Below are positions 1 to 8,628 of a stretch of DNA of 31,253 nucleotides, piece after piece; position 1 is the first letter of the stretch; every line of letters starts with the position of its first letter. Made by a program: the position numbers and the translations under genes. The notes beneath the pieces were generated by a model. It did not search any database. It saw nothing but the letters and a program-made list of their open reading frames with translations, and had not been told where the DNA came from. The stretch covers positions 1 through 31,253 of IMG/VR virus record IMGVR_UViG_3300012971_000061. One strand, 5' to 3'. The stretch is from a virus. Lineage: Duplodnaviria; Caudoviricetes.

Positions 1-516
1 GAACAATGCACTACTTATATGTTCGCCGGAGAAGTGGAAGCCAAGGTTAACGGATTTCCATATACCAACATCGAGTTTGTACTATACAATGCAATTCGCA
101 AGGCTTTCCCTAGACCTCCAACAATCACAAAACGCGGTGACATTTCGATAGACAGGACTAAGGAATCAACGACCTACGAAATGCTCATGGATACCATAGA
201 TGAGTATGGTCTAACAGACTTCTGGGAACTTGATGAGAAACTCAAGAACTATGTAGAGTACGTCAAGGAAAAGGGAGATGAGCAGTTTGTCGTCAGAACC
301 CCAGTCTACCGAAACAGACACGAAATTTATTCTTGCGGGGAACGGGTTTTTTACGAGGCAAGAGATATGCTCAATGATCCAGCAATCTATCCAAACCCCA
401 CAGGACAGTGGAACTGTTTACGATGCATCTTTCGTGCTCCTTGTATCGCTAAAGACGACGGATCTGATTGGCAAATGATGCTAGACGATCAATTCGAAAA
501 GAACAGGACACGATGA
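1..516 (+). CDS. Cas4/RecB-like PD-(D/E)XK exonuclease, C-terminal part (5' truncated)
   Basis: The frame is open from base 1 (EQCTTYMF..., a QxxxY-like motif). The C-terminal CxxC-x5-C (CLRCIFRAPC) is typical of Fe-S Cas4-like phage exonucleases. It lies upstream of the Sak4-like ATPase and SSB. Confidence 0.7.
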   Translation, partial: EQCTTYMFAGEVEAKVNGFPYTNIEFVLYNAIRKAFPRPPTITKRGDISIDRTKESTTYEMLMDTIDEYGLTDFWELDEKLKNYVEYVKEKGDEQFVVRTPVYRNRHEIYSCGERVFYEARDMLNDPAIYPNPTGQWNCLRCIFRAPCIAKDDGSDWQMMLDDQFEKNRTR

Positions 517-986
517 GCGAAGATGAGCTTTCTTTAGACTTCATTGAAGAGCTGTTAGCCGATCCGAAAACTAAGACAGAAGAACCTAAACGTTGGCCTC
601 CACCAGAGTTTACCTCTACCTATGTCAGGACCGTGAGTAGAGCGGATAAATGCATCCATCGGGGGTGTGGTGCTCCATCATACATTTTGGTTCAAGACCA
701 ACCGTATTGTACGGTTCATACAATCCACGTCCTCGCTAATCTTCTCGATGAGAAGATTAATCATTTTCCGGGGTCAGTACCAAAGATCGAGAAGATGTTG
801 GAAGCTTATAGTATGCTCGGCTCACATGAGCCTGCCAATCGTGATACGATTGAAGCATCAAGAATTGAGATTGAAAGAGTAGAAACAAATTTCGTGGCTC
901 AGGTCGCAGGAGGACTGTACAAATACTCTGTATACACATCACCTGAAGGAGTACTTACACAAGCATTACTAGACCTGTTAGGATAA
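513..986 (+). CDS. Hypothetical protein with a possible Zn-binding motif
   Basis: Start placed at ATG 513 because of the ATGA overlap with the upstream stop. Contains CIHRGC...YCTVH. Confidence 0.6.
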   Translation: MSEDELSLDFIEELLADPKTKTEEPKRWPPPEFTSTYVRTVSRADKCIHRGCGAPSYILVQDQPYCTVHTIHVLANLLDEKINHFPGSVPKIEKMLEAYSMLGSHEPANRDTIEASRIEIERVETNFVAQVAGGLYKYSVYTSPEGVLTQALLDLLG

Positions 987-987
987 A

Positions 988-1785
988 ATGACAACACAGT
1001 TCTTAGATAAGGTTAAGGAAACAACAGAGGCATCTTCGATTAGGGATAGGTTGAATGTCACGCCACCTGGTACAGACAACTTTCTCAAACAACTTATCCA
1101 TGCAGATAGTGGAGTCGGAAAGACGCACTATATTGGAACTGCTGGTGAAGATCCAAATACAGGACCAGTCTTACTATTGGATTGTGAAGGTGGGACTGAT
1201 ACCTTGAGAGGTTGGCCAGGAGTAGATGTTAAGCCTATTCGTAGTATGTATGAATTGCAAGTGGCTCACGAAGAACTTTTCAAGTACAACCAGGGTTGGT
1301 ATAAAACAGTTGCACTTGACAGCTTAAGTGAGATTCAAGACATTGATATGCGACTCGTAATGAAGGAGGCCAAAGAGAAATCAAAAGATCCAGACAACTT
1401 TAACATCGATGTTCCTTCTCCTCGTGAATGGGGAATTGGAAGGAACCATGTCCGTATCGTTGTACGTGGATTTCGTGATCTGCCGATGAATGTAATAGTA
1501 ACTACGCTTACCAACACAATAGTCAAGGAAGGAAAGGCCGACAGATTCGTTCCTGCACTTCCTGGTAAGTTGGGTTATGAGATTCCTGGATTTATGGGAA
1601 TCGTAGGATGGTATCACTTCACAGATAGTGGACAAAAAGCAAGGGTCATGCAATTCAAGGGCACGAATCGTGTAATGGCAAAGACAAGGTTCAAGGAACT
1701 TGGTGATATCTTGGAAGATCCAAGTGTCCCGATGATATGGAATACTATCTACAACAAGGAGAACGAAGTTGCCACCGAAGGCTAA
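988..1785 (+). CDS. AAA-family (Sak4-like) ATPase / phage recombination protein
   Basis: Walker A ADSGVGKT, LLLDCEGG, Walker B-like VALDSLSE and C-terminal AKTR. Context is exonuclease plus SSB. Confidence 0.8.
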   Translation: MTTQFLDKVKETTEASSIRDRLNVTPPGTDNFLKQLIHADSGVGKTHYIGTAGEDPNTGPVLLLDCEGGTDTLRGWPGVDVKPIRSMYELQVAHEELFKYNQGWYKTVALDSLSEIQDIDMRLVMKEAKEKSKDPDNFNIDVPSPREWGIGRNHVRIVVRGFRDLPMNVIVTTLTNTIVKEGKADRFVPALPGKLGYEIPGFMGIVGWYHFTDSGQKARVMQFKGTNRVMAKTRFKELGDILEDPSVPMIWNTIYNKENEVATEG

Positions 1786-2191
1786 AGACTTCTGGGATTT
1801 TGTAGATAAGTCCGACGAGTCTGGTTGTTGGCCTTGGCTTGGCAGTAAAAATCATGGTGGATATGGCAAAACAAAAAGAAAAGGAAGGATGATAAGAGCA
1901 CATAGACTAGCGTATGAAATGACAAAAGGACCTATTCCTAATGATATGGTCGTAATGCATTCATGCGACAATCGTTCCTGTTGCAATCCAGATCATCTTA
2001 TTATCGGTACACATGCTGATAATAGAAGGGACTCCGTAAAGAAAAACGGAGGCATTACACTCGAAACTGCAAATCTAATTCGATTCCAATATGCACTTGG
2101 TAATGTCTCATATAGCACTTTAGGGTTCATGTATGGGGTGAGTACAAGTGTCATAGGAAGAATAATCCGAGATGAAAGGTGGAGAAACTAA
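1769..2191 (+). CDS. HNH homing endonuclease (HNH_3 type)
   Basis: Motifs CWPWLG..GYG..AHRLAYE..VMHSCDNRSCCNPDHL..GTHADN and a C-terminal HTH-like tail. TTG start after AAGGAG. Confidence 0.9.
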   Translation: MPPKAKDFWDFVDKSDESGCWPWLGSKNHGGYGKTKRKGRMIRAHRLAYEMTKGPIPNDMVVMHSCDNRSCCNPDHLIIGTHADNRRDSVKKNGGITLETANLIRFQYALGNVSYSTLGFMYGVSTSVIGRIIRDERWRN

Positions 2192-2192
2192 C

Positions 2193-2705
2193 TTGCCTAC
2201 ACTAAACCTAACTGACTACGATGAGCAACAGACTTTCGAGGCACTTCCTCCTGGCAAATACTTTGCTACGATCTTTGATGCTGAAGATAGAGAAACTCAA
2301 GGTGGCGAAAACGCAAAAATGCCTGAAGGCACGCCTATGATCTTCTGTCATTTCATGCTCACTGGTAAGGTCGGCGAGGATGCACAAGGTGAGGATTCAC
2401 CGTACTACAATCGCCGTGCATTCCGCAATCTCGTTATTCCTCCTGAGGATTATGACGAGAAGAAGCGCAAGAGCATGAACGGAATGATTGTTGCTCTGTA
2501 TCGTGCGGTCGGATACACACAAGAGCAGATCACTTCCGGTGAATTCGAAGTTGATACTGAGGATTTGATCGAGAAGGATCTAGTAATCCAACTTAACCGT
2601 CGCAGGAATAAGCTGAGCGGTGAGATGGAAAACAATGTTGTTGGTTTCTTCTCTGTTGAAGCTGCGGCGGGTGCGGAAGCAGCAGCATCCTCAGGCGTAC
2701 TATAA
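2193..2705 (+). CDS. Single-stranded DNA-binding-like protein (DUF669-like)
   Basis: FEALPPGKY N-terminal motif, acidic composition and position after the Sak4-like ATPase. TTG 2193 follows a GGAG RBS; the track start is 2172. Confidence 0.65.
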   Translation: MPTLNLTDYDEQQTFEALPPGKYFATIFDAEDRETQGGENAKMPEGTPMIFCHFMLTGKVGEDAQGEDSPYYNRRAFRNLVIPPEDYDEKKRKSMNGMIVALYRAVGYTQEQITSGEFEVDTEDLIEKDLVIQLNRRRNKLSGEMENNVVGFFSVEAAAGAEAAASSGVL

Positions 2706-2710
2706 CAAGA

Positions 2711-2844
2711 GTAACCTAGGGAGTTGCGGCCTTAGGTTACAGGAAGAAGTGCCTTTCCGCTAACTTCTTCCTGGTAACTCAGCCAGGATAGGGTAGCAAT
2801 GGCGACCGACATTGTTACGAGGGTTCGATTCCCTCCTGGGTTAT
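2711..2844 (+). ncRNA. Structured intergenic element: two hairpins plus a tRNA-like domain
   Basis: Stems 2711-2721/2730-2740, 2741-2750/2763-2772, 2775-2782/2836-2843 and 2793-2801/2810-2818, plus T-arm GAGGG-TTCGATT-CCCTC at 2819-2835. G-U pairs favour the + strand RNA. Confidence 0.6.
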
Positions 2845-2845
2845 A

Positions 2846-5047
2846 ATGTCAACAACGACAACAGAGCTTAGAGTCGATTTCTTCGATTGGCTCTTTGGCG
2901 ATGCCGAAGGTTACATATGCCTTGCAACAGCCGAGCCAGAAAACGCTAGACGTACATTCAAACAAAAGTTTTTCCATTGGCCTTCACAAAGGGAAAATCT
3001 TGTCATATTCTGTAACGAATTCGCTCTTTCTCGTAATCTGTGGTTTTGTGTTAATCTCCTATCTCAGCCTGAAAGAAAAAAGGAGTATTGCATTAATCAT
3101 AATCTTGTGTGGGCTGATCTTGATACTTGTAATCCAGAACTGGTCGAGCCTAAGCCATCCTTGATAATCAACAGTAGTCCTGGCAGGTATCAGGCTTTAT
3201 GGAAGATAGACCAGGTAGTTCCGGCTACTGTAGCTGAGGACTACTCCAAGAGAATAGCATATCATTACAAGCAGAATGGTGCTGACCCATCAGGTTGGGA
3301 TCTTACTCAGTTGCTTCGGGTACCATTCTCTACAAACTTCAAGTACGGAGAGCATCCATTAGTCACTTTGAATCCTGGTGGTAATGCTGAGGTTCCTGTA
3401 CTTGATTTCGAAGATATTGAGCAGGCTCCAATTGAGGGAGTGTCTGAGGAACTTCAAGAAACACCAGACTTAAAAGAACTCCCTGAATCACAACAGATCG
3501 TTTATAAGTATCAAGCATGGCTCGAAAGGAGTTTTTATGAACTCTACGAAACTGAGCCTGATACTGATATGGATTGGTCTGCTCGTATGTGGAAACTTAT
3601 TAATATTTGTTTTGAAGTTGGTATGGAAGTAGACGAAGTTTATGCTGTCGCATTAACAGCAAAGTGTAATAAATATCTCAGGGACAATCGGCCTATGCGA
3701 TTCCTTTGGATAGAAATTCTAAAAGCAAAAGGAATTCAGGATCGCATAGACAAAGTAGCCGGCGAGTGGCAACCTCTATTTCTCCCGCAGCTGGTTGATT
3801 CTGAGATGGTCGAACATGATACATTCATAGATCGTTACTTTGATTGGGCATCGAACGTAACCGATGCGGTTCCTGAATATCACGAGCTTTGTGCAGCAAT
3901 TATACTTTCGGCTACACTTGCTGATAATGTCCGACTCGACGTATCATATGACACGATCGTACCTAACCTGTGGGGGTTGGTATTGGGGGAGTCTACACTT
4001 ACCAGAAAAACGACAGCCATGCTTTTAGCGATGAAGATGATTCAAGATGTTGATCCAGAAGCGAACATGGCTAACGATGGAACAGCGGAAGGTTTGCTAA
4101 CTGGTCTATCAATGAGGCCAGGAAGAGTTAGCATTTTCTATAAGGATGAGGTCAGTGGATTCTTCGATGCCATTAACAACAAGCGGTATCTCGCTGGAGT
4201 CTTTGAAACCCTCACGCATCTATATGACTCACCACAGCGTTATACTAGAATGCTTAGTAAATCCGAAATTGTCATACAGTCTCCCGTGTTTATTTTTTTC
4301 GGTGGCGGGATTGCAGAACGAACATTCCAAGCTCTAACTGAATCAGATGTTCTATCCGGCTTTCTACCAAGATTCCTAGTTGTTAATGGAAATGCAGATC
4401 TAGACAGAATCAAACCCACAGGACCTAAGGATTTTGGAGGTATGGCAGCTAGAGAGAAATTGGTGAATGAGCTGTTGGATATGAAAGAACAGTACATGTC
4501 ATCAGGATACATGGTCGTTGCAGGTCAACGAGTAGCGATAGCAGATTCTACTAATAGGCCGATGACCAATGCGATGTTGTCACCAGATGCATGGGAAACG
4601 TATGCCAACTACGAAATGCAAATGGTGAAGGCTGCTCATGAAAGTAGTTATAGGGATCGAGCACTACCTACATTCGAGCGCCTATCTCGCAATATTATGA
4701 AGCTAGCGATACTACTTGCAGCCTCAAGACAAGAGCCGGCATCAAGCACATTTAACGTAGAGAAATCTGACATTGACAATGCGGCTCGATTCATTCAAGA
4801 GTGGGGCAAGTATTCTGTAGAGTTAATCCTAAATGTAGGAAAGACACAATCTCTCCGCATGATCGAGAAGGTCAGAGGCATGATCGGTAACAAGCCAGGA
4901 ATCTTAAAGTCTGAGCTAATGAGAATGACACATTTGTCAAGTAGAGAGATGGCAGATGTTCTTGCAACACTTACCGATCGTGGAGAGATAATTCGTAAGG
5001 TTCCGAAGAACAAGGCTAGAAGCGAACAATTCTGGATGGTACATTGA
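2846..5047 (+). CDS. Primase-helicase (RepB-like primase N-terminus, DUF3987/YfjI-like P-loop C-terminus)
   Basis: LVWADLD, SSPGRYQALW and LLRVPFSTNFKY match RepB/AEP primase motifs. GESTLTRKTT (Walker A-like), KDEVSGFF (Walker B) and SGFLPRF mark the helicase part. Confidence 0.85.
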   Translation: MSTTTTELRVDFFDWLFGDAEGYICLATAEPENARRTFKQKFFHWPSQRENLVIFCNEFALSRNLWFCVNLLSQPERKKEYCINHNLVWADLDTCNPELVEPKPSLIINSSPGRYQALWKIDQVVPATVAEDYSKRIAYHYKQNGADPSGWDLTQLLRVPFSTNFKYGEHPLVTLNPGGNAEVPVLDFEDIEQAPIEGVSEELQETPDLKELPESQQIVYKYQAWLERSFYELYETEPDTDMDWSARMWKLINICFEVGMEVDEVYAVALTAKCNKYLRDNRPMRFLWIEILKAKGIQDRIDKVAGEWQPLFLPQLVDSEMVEHDTFIDRYFDWASNVTDAVPEYHELCAAIILSATLADNVRLDVSYDTIVPNLWGLVLGESTLTRKTTAMLLAMKMIQDVDPEANMANDGTAEGLLTGLSMRPGRVSIFYKDEVSGFFDAINNKRYLAGVFETLTHLYDSPQRYTRMLSKSEIVIQSPVFIFFGGGIAERTFQALTESDVLSGFLPRFLVVNGNADLDRIKPTGPKDFGGMAAREKLVNELLDMKEQYMSSGYMVVAGQRVAIADSTNRPMTNAMLSPDAWETYANYEMQMVKAAHESSYRDRALPTFERLSRNIMKLAILLAASRQEPASSTFNVEKSDIDNAARFIQEWGKYSVELILNVGKTQSLRMIEKVRGMIGNKPGILKSELMRMTHLSSREMADVLATLTDRGEIIRKVPKNKARSEQFWMVH

Positions 5048-5358
5048 CATACGAGCCATATCATAAGACAACCATCGACTGTAAGAAGATTCGCCCACAC
5101 GTCAAGGAGTTGATGGACCGCTGTGGGGGGTCTGTAGAGGCCGGCAAATATGCCTTAGTTGCTCACTCTACATTGCTAAGGATAATGCATGGAGTCAACT
5201 GCTCAGTTCAGAAAGAAACTGCAAGAAAGATTCTCTTGGCCCTAGATCATAAGCGTCAGGAGGATAAGGCAAATCATGAAGTACATGAACGATTTCTTAA
5301 GGCAAGACAAGAACAGGCACGTATCGAAGCTCATCAACAAAGACTACTAGGATACTAA
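5044..5358 (+). CDS. Putative Cro/XRE-like HTH DNA-binding protein
   Basis: Helix pattern SVEAGKYALVAHSTLLRIMHG...VQKETARKI. Overlaps both neighbouring genes. Confidence 0.55.
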   Translation: MTYEPYHKTTIDCKKIRPHVKELMDRCGGSVEAGKYALVAHSTLLRIMHGVNCSVQKETARKILLALDHKRQEDKANHEVHERFLKARQEQARIEAHQQRLLGY

Positions 5359-7838
5359 TGCAACGTAAGCATCCTTTAGCCAAGTGTGAAATTTGTCCGT
5401 TGCAGAAAGCTCGTTGTGCTCCGACGAGTGGACCTAAAGATGCAACAGTCGCAATTGTTTCACGAAGTCCAGGTAGATATGATGTGTTAGCAAAAAGACC
5501 GTTCTCTAGTACATCTGGGGATATCTTGGATCATCTTTTGGGAAGGTATGGGGTTAAGCGTGAAGAAATACTGGCGACGAACGTTGTTCTCTGTAGGAGT
5601 GATGATCCACCGAAGGAGGCTATTGAGTGCTGCCGAGAAAGATTACTATCTGACATTGAAGGATGCGGAACGGTCATTGCAGCAGGAGTTGAAGCTGTTG
5701 GAGAGCTTGTCAAGGCAAAAAGCCTTAACGGTACAAGAGGTTATGTTCATCACAGATATTCAAAAGGACACACTCAACGTGTCATTGCAACTTTCAATCC
5801 AGCTGTCGTCATTCGAGACGACAGTACCTTCAATAACCTCGTAAAGGATTTTGGCCTAGCTTTAAATCCAAAGCCCAAACCACAATTACCAGACGTTAGG
5901 TGGACAAATGAAACCAGGGAAGCTAGTGATTGGATCACAGGAATCAACAACCAGGATCTCGATTCCATTACAGTTGATATCGAGACAAAAGGTCTTAGAG
6001 CTGATGCAGACATTGTTGCCATCGGGTTATCTGCTACCGGAAATAAAGCAATCTCTATTGGAGAGCACCCCTTACGAGACGATAATTTCTTTAGAGATTA
6101 CGTTGCCCCGCTTATCAGCGGAAAGTCCTCATTTCTCTATCACAATGGAAAGTTCGACATACGCAACCTTAGATATCATGGAGCGAACGCAAGAGTAGAC
6201 GAAGATACAATGCTCTTGTCATGGGCCTTGGATGAGAACAGTGACGAAGAGCAGGTTCATAAACTTGAATATCTTTTAATGTCTGAATTCGGGTGGCCTA
6301 ACTATGAACCCCCCACAGTGAGGAAGTTCAAGGCTGATGTTAGGCGTCTTGAGCGTGAACTAAAGTTTGATGAGCTTAAAGCTCTTGAAGTACCAGATGA
6401 CCTATACAAGTATAATGCATTGGATGCAGCAGGTACAGCGTTACTCTTTCCAGTATTGAAAGAAAGAGCAATAAATGACCACGTGTGGGGGGTTTACAAG
6501 GACTACCTCATTCCCGCAGCTAATGCGTTAGTTAAAGTAGAATTGCAGGGAATAAACTACGATACTGAAGCTGCATGTGACTTGTTGGAGGAAGAAGTAT
6601 GGCCGGCGCTTTCCAAACTAAAGACTGAGTTGCAGTGGATTGTCGGAGATGGAAATTACAATCCAAACTCTGCACAACAAAATGCGGCACTTGTCTACGA
6701 CAATTGGAAGGTTATACATAATCTCAGACTCCCTCAAGGAAAAGAGAGGTCCGTAGACAAAAGTGTTTACGCGGAAATCAAAGCAGGAAGGTTTGTTATT
6801 GGCGGTTTTGGGAATGTTGATGGACGACAGGATAGTGATACTAAATGGCAAGACAATCAAGGAAACGGAGAAGTTCTACAAACAAGTAGTAAAGCGGATA
6901 AGAAAGCTGCCGCTATCAGATGGGCACAAGGATTTGCTGATTTCAAGGCTCTCGATAAGCAAAGATCTACCTACATCGAAGGGATGATACCAGTTGCCCT
7001 GCACAACGGTAACAGGCTTTACACAAATTTCAAATTGCATAATACCGTTTCTGGACGGCTCTCTAGCTCCGGTCCGAATCTACAAAATATTACGCGAGTC
7101 AAACCCGACCTTCCTAATATACGAGAACTATTTGTTGCTAGTGACGGTAGAACATTGCTCAATATCGACTATTCCCAAGCCGAACTCCGAGCTATTGGCA
7201 AACTCTCTAATGATCCTGAGTTTGCTAGAGTCTACAGGGACGGAATAGATTTCCATAGCTTAGTAGCCGAAAGATTCTATGGTCCAAACTTTACGAAAGA
7301 AAATAGACAAACTGCAAAGAACATTAACTTTGGTGTTGCGTATCTGCAAACGCCCGAAACGTTTCAGGAGAAACATGGTATTCCAGTAGATGAGGCAAGA
7401 CCATTCGTTGAATGGTGGTGGAAGAACTTCCCACAGGTTCGTGAATGGACCAATGATATCGCTAAGCAAGTTCGGGCGGGCGAAGTGATTAGTCCATTTG
7501 GGAATAAACGAAGGTTCCCGATCCTAACAAAGGAAAACATAAATGCCTGTATCCGAGAAGGAATTAACTTCCTGCCTCAGAACGTCGCGGCTTTCCTTAC
7601 CACTTACTCTGTTACTCAGCTTGTTTCTAAGCTCAATACTTCCGTTGGCTCAGTCGTTCTTACTGTCCATGATAGTATACTTCTTGATGTTGTGGACGAT
7701 CATCTACCTGATTGTGCTCTACTTGCTAAGGGAATTATGGAGCGAGCCGCCAAAGAAACTTTAGGCTGGGAGTTTCCGTTCCAAGTTGATATGCAGATTG
7801 GACAAAATTGGGGTAACCTAAGTGATTTCTCACTATAA
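5358..7838 (+). CDS. polA: Family A DNA polymerase with N-terminal UDG-like domain and 3'-5' exonuclease
   Basis: Exonuclease motifs VDIET, HNGKFD and YNALDA. Polymerase motifs GRLSSSGPNLQNI, DYSQAELR (A), RQTAKNINFGVAY (B) and VHDSI (C). The N-terminal ~170 aa has CEICPL, TNVVLCR and ECC, resembling family-4 UDG. Confidence 0.95.
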   Translation: MQRKHPLAKCEICPLQKARCAPTSGPKDATVAIVSRSPGRYDVLAKRPFSSTSGDILDHLLGRYGVKREEILATNVVLCRSDDPPKEAIECCRERLLSDIEGCGTVIAAGVEAVGELVKAKSLNGTRGYVHHRYSKGHTQRVIATFNPAVVIRDDSTFNNLVKDFGLALNPKPKPQLPDVRWTNETREASDWITGINNQDLDSITVDIETKGLRADADIVAIGLSATGNKAISIGEHPLRDDNFFRDYVAPLISGKSSFLYHNGKFDIRNLRYHGANARVDEDTMLLSWALDENSDEEQVHKLEYLLMSEFGWPNYEPPTVRKFKADVRRLERELKFDELKALEVPDDLYKYNALDAAGTALLFPVLKERAINDHVWGVYKDYLIPAANALVKVELQGINYDTEAACDLLEEEVWPALSKLKTELQWIVGDGNYNPNSAQQNAALVYDNWKVIHNLRLPQGKERSVDKSVYAEIKAGRFVIGGFGNVDGRQDSDTKWQDNQGNGEVLQTSSKADKKAAAIRWAQGFADFKALDKQRSTYIEGMIPVALHNGNRLYTNFKLHNTVSGRLSSSGPNLQNITRVKPDLPNIRELFVASDGRTLLNIDYSQAELRAIGKLSNDPEFARVYRDGIDFHSLVAERFYGPNFTKENRQTAKNINFGVAYLQTPETFQEKHGIPVDEARPFVEWWWKNFPQVREWTNDIAKQVRAGEVISPFGNKRRFPILTKENINACIREGINFLPQNVAAFLTTYSVTQLVSKLNTSVGSVVLTVHDSILLDVVDDHLPDCALLAKGIMERAAKETLGWEFPFQVDMQIGQNWGNLSDFSL

Positions 7839-7998
7839 AGAAGATCGTGCTCGATTAGAAGAAGCAGCAAAAGAATTTGAGAAATGTCTTGCGGCTCTCG
7901 AACTTGAACTTCCTGATGAAGTTTGGCAGGACGTAACCAAACGATATGAGATATTCAAAGATGTTTTCTGGAAAGCCTACTTTAGGAAGTGGAAATGA
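7822..7998 (+). CDS. Small hypothetical protein, 58 aa (not in ORF track)
   Basis: GTG 7822 to TGA 7998: MISHYKEDRARLEEAAKEFEKCLAALELELPDEVWQDVTKRYEIFKDVFWKAYFRKWK. It fills the gap after polA and has an ATGA overlap with the next gene. Confidence 0.65.
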   Translation: MISHYKEDRARLEEAAKEFEKCLAALELELPDEVWQDVTKRYEIFKDVFWKAYFRKWK

Positions 7999-8285
7999 GA
8001 TTAAACGGCGATGATCCTTTAGATCTACGTCCCTCAAAATTTGATAAATGTATGTTCTGTGGCGAGCCACCCGAAGGTGATCGAGCAGATATTATAAATC
8101 GCTATGCCCATCGTGAATGTGCCTTGCGCTCAGCTGTGGGGGGTATTGGGCATTTAATCGATCATGCACATTTTTGTCAAGGAGAACTAGGAACTGATGC
8201 GGGATTAGATTATCGTACATCAGCTCTAATGGTAGATGTATGGATACATCGTAAAGGAGTGGAAGCGGCGGTTGAAAAAGCGTGA
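7995..8285 (+). CDS. Hypothetical protein with CxxC...HxxC Zn-binding motif
   Basis: Contains CMFC...HREC. ATG 7995 is coupled to the upstream stop. Confidence 0.65.
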   Translation: MRLNGDDPLDLRPSKFDKCMFCGEPPEGDRADIINRYAHRECALRSAVGGIGHLIDHAHFCQGELGTDAGLDYRTSALMVDVWIHRKGVEAAVEKA

Positions 8286-8551
8286 TTACACAGCGTAGGC
8301 CGGTAGTTACATTCCTCTGTGGATGTGCCATCGAACCAAAAGATGTAGCTCATGTAGATGCTGATGGTTTTATACATTGTCCAAATCATCCTGGTATAAG
8401 GCGTTATGGTTGGAGATCAAGAGGTAAAAGTTACGGAATAACACTAGAAGAAAATGAAAAATTGTTTTGGTCAACAAAAGGAATAATCATCGTTAAAGAT
8501 GGCGAATCATATCAAATCCTAAACCCCTCGACAAACCTCACAAATCCCTAG
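8282..8551 (+). CDS. Hypothetical protein (CGC...CPNH)
   Basis: GTGA overlap with the upstream gene and a Cys/His motif. Confidence 0.55.
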   Translation: MITQRRPVVTFLCGCAIEPKDVAHVDADGFIHCPNHPGIRRYGWRSRGKSYGITLEENEKLFWSTKGIIIVKDGESYQILNPSTNLTNP

Positions 8552-8593
8552 AACGGTCTTAGAAACGATGAGAAACGCAGACAAGTATGACCA

Positions 8594-8622
8594 TTGACAT
8601 ACGGCCGGAATCGTTGTATAAT
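8594..8622 (+). promoter_or_regulatory. Consensus sigma70/SigA promoter
   Basis: TTGACA (8594-8599), 17-bp spacer, TATAAT (8617-8622). The predicted +1 falls at about ATG 8629. Confidence 0.85.
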
Positions 8623-8628
8623 CGTTCT

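Noticed and set aside
2776-2843. Canonical tRNA gene or tRNA-derived attP
   Set aside because: There is no D-stem, no U-turn anticodon loop and no CCA, and no integrase lies in the window. Kept only as a tRNA-like element.
2842-2847. TATAAT -10 box at the primase start
   Set aside because: It overlaps the ATG itself and has no matching -35, so it cannot promote this gene from its first codon.
5042-5053. CATTGACATACG repeated at 8592-8603 (HTH start and HNH -35), a possible operator
   Set aside because: Dozens of exact 12-mer repeats are expected by chance in 31 kb. It is not palindromic, and the first copy lacks a properly spaced -10.
5548-6198. Other +1-frame ORFs inside polA (also 6994-7248 and 7543-7764)
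   Set aside because: They overlap conserved polymerase domains, have S/L-rich off-frame composition and lack a convincing RBS.
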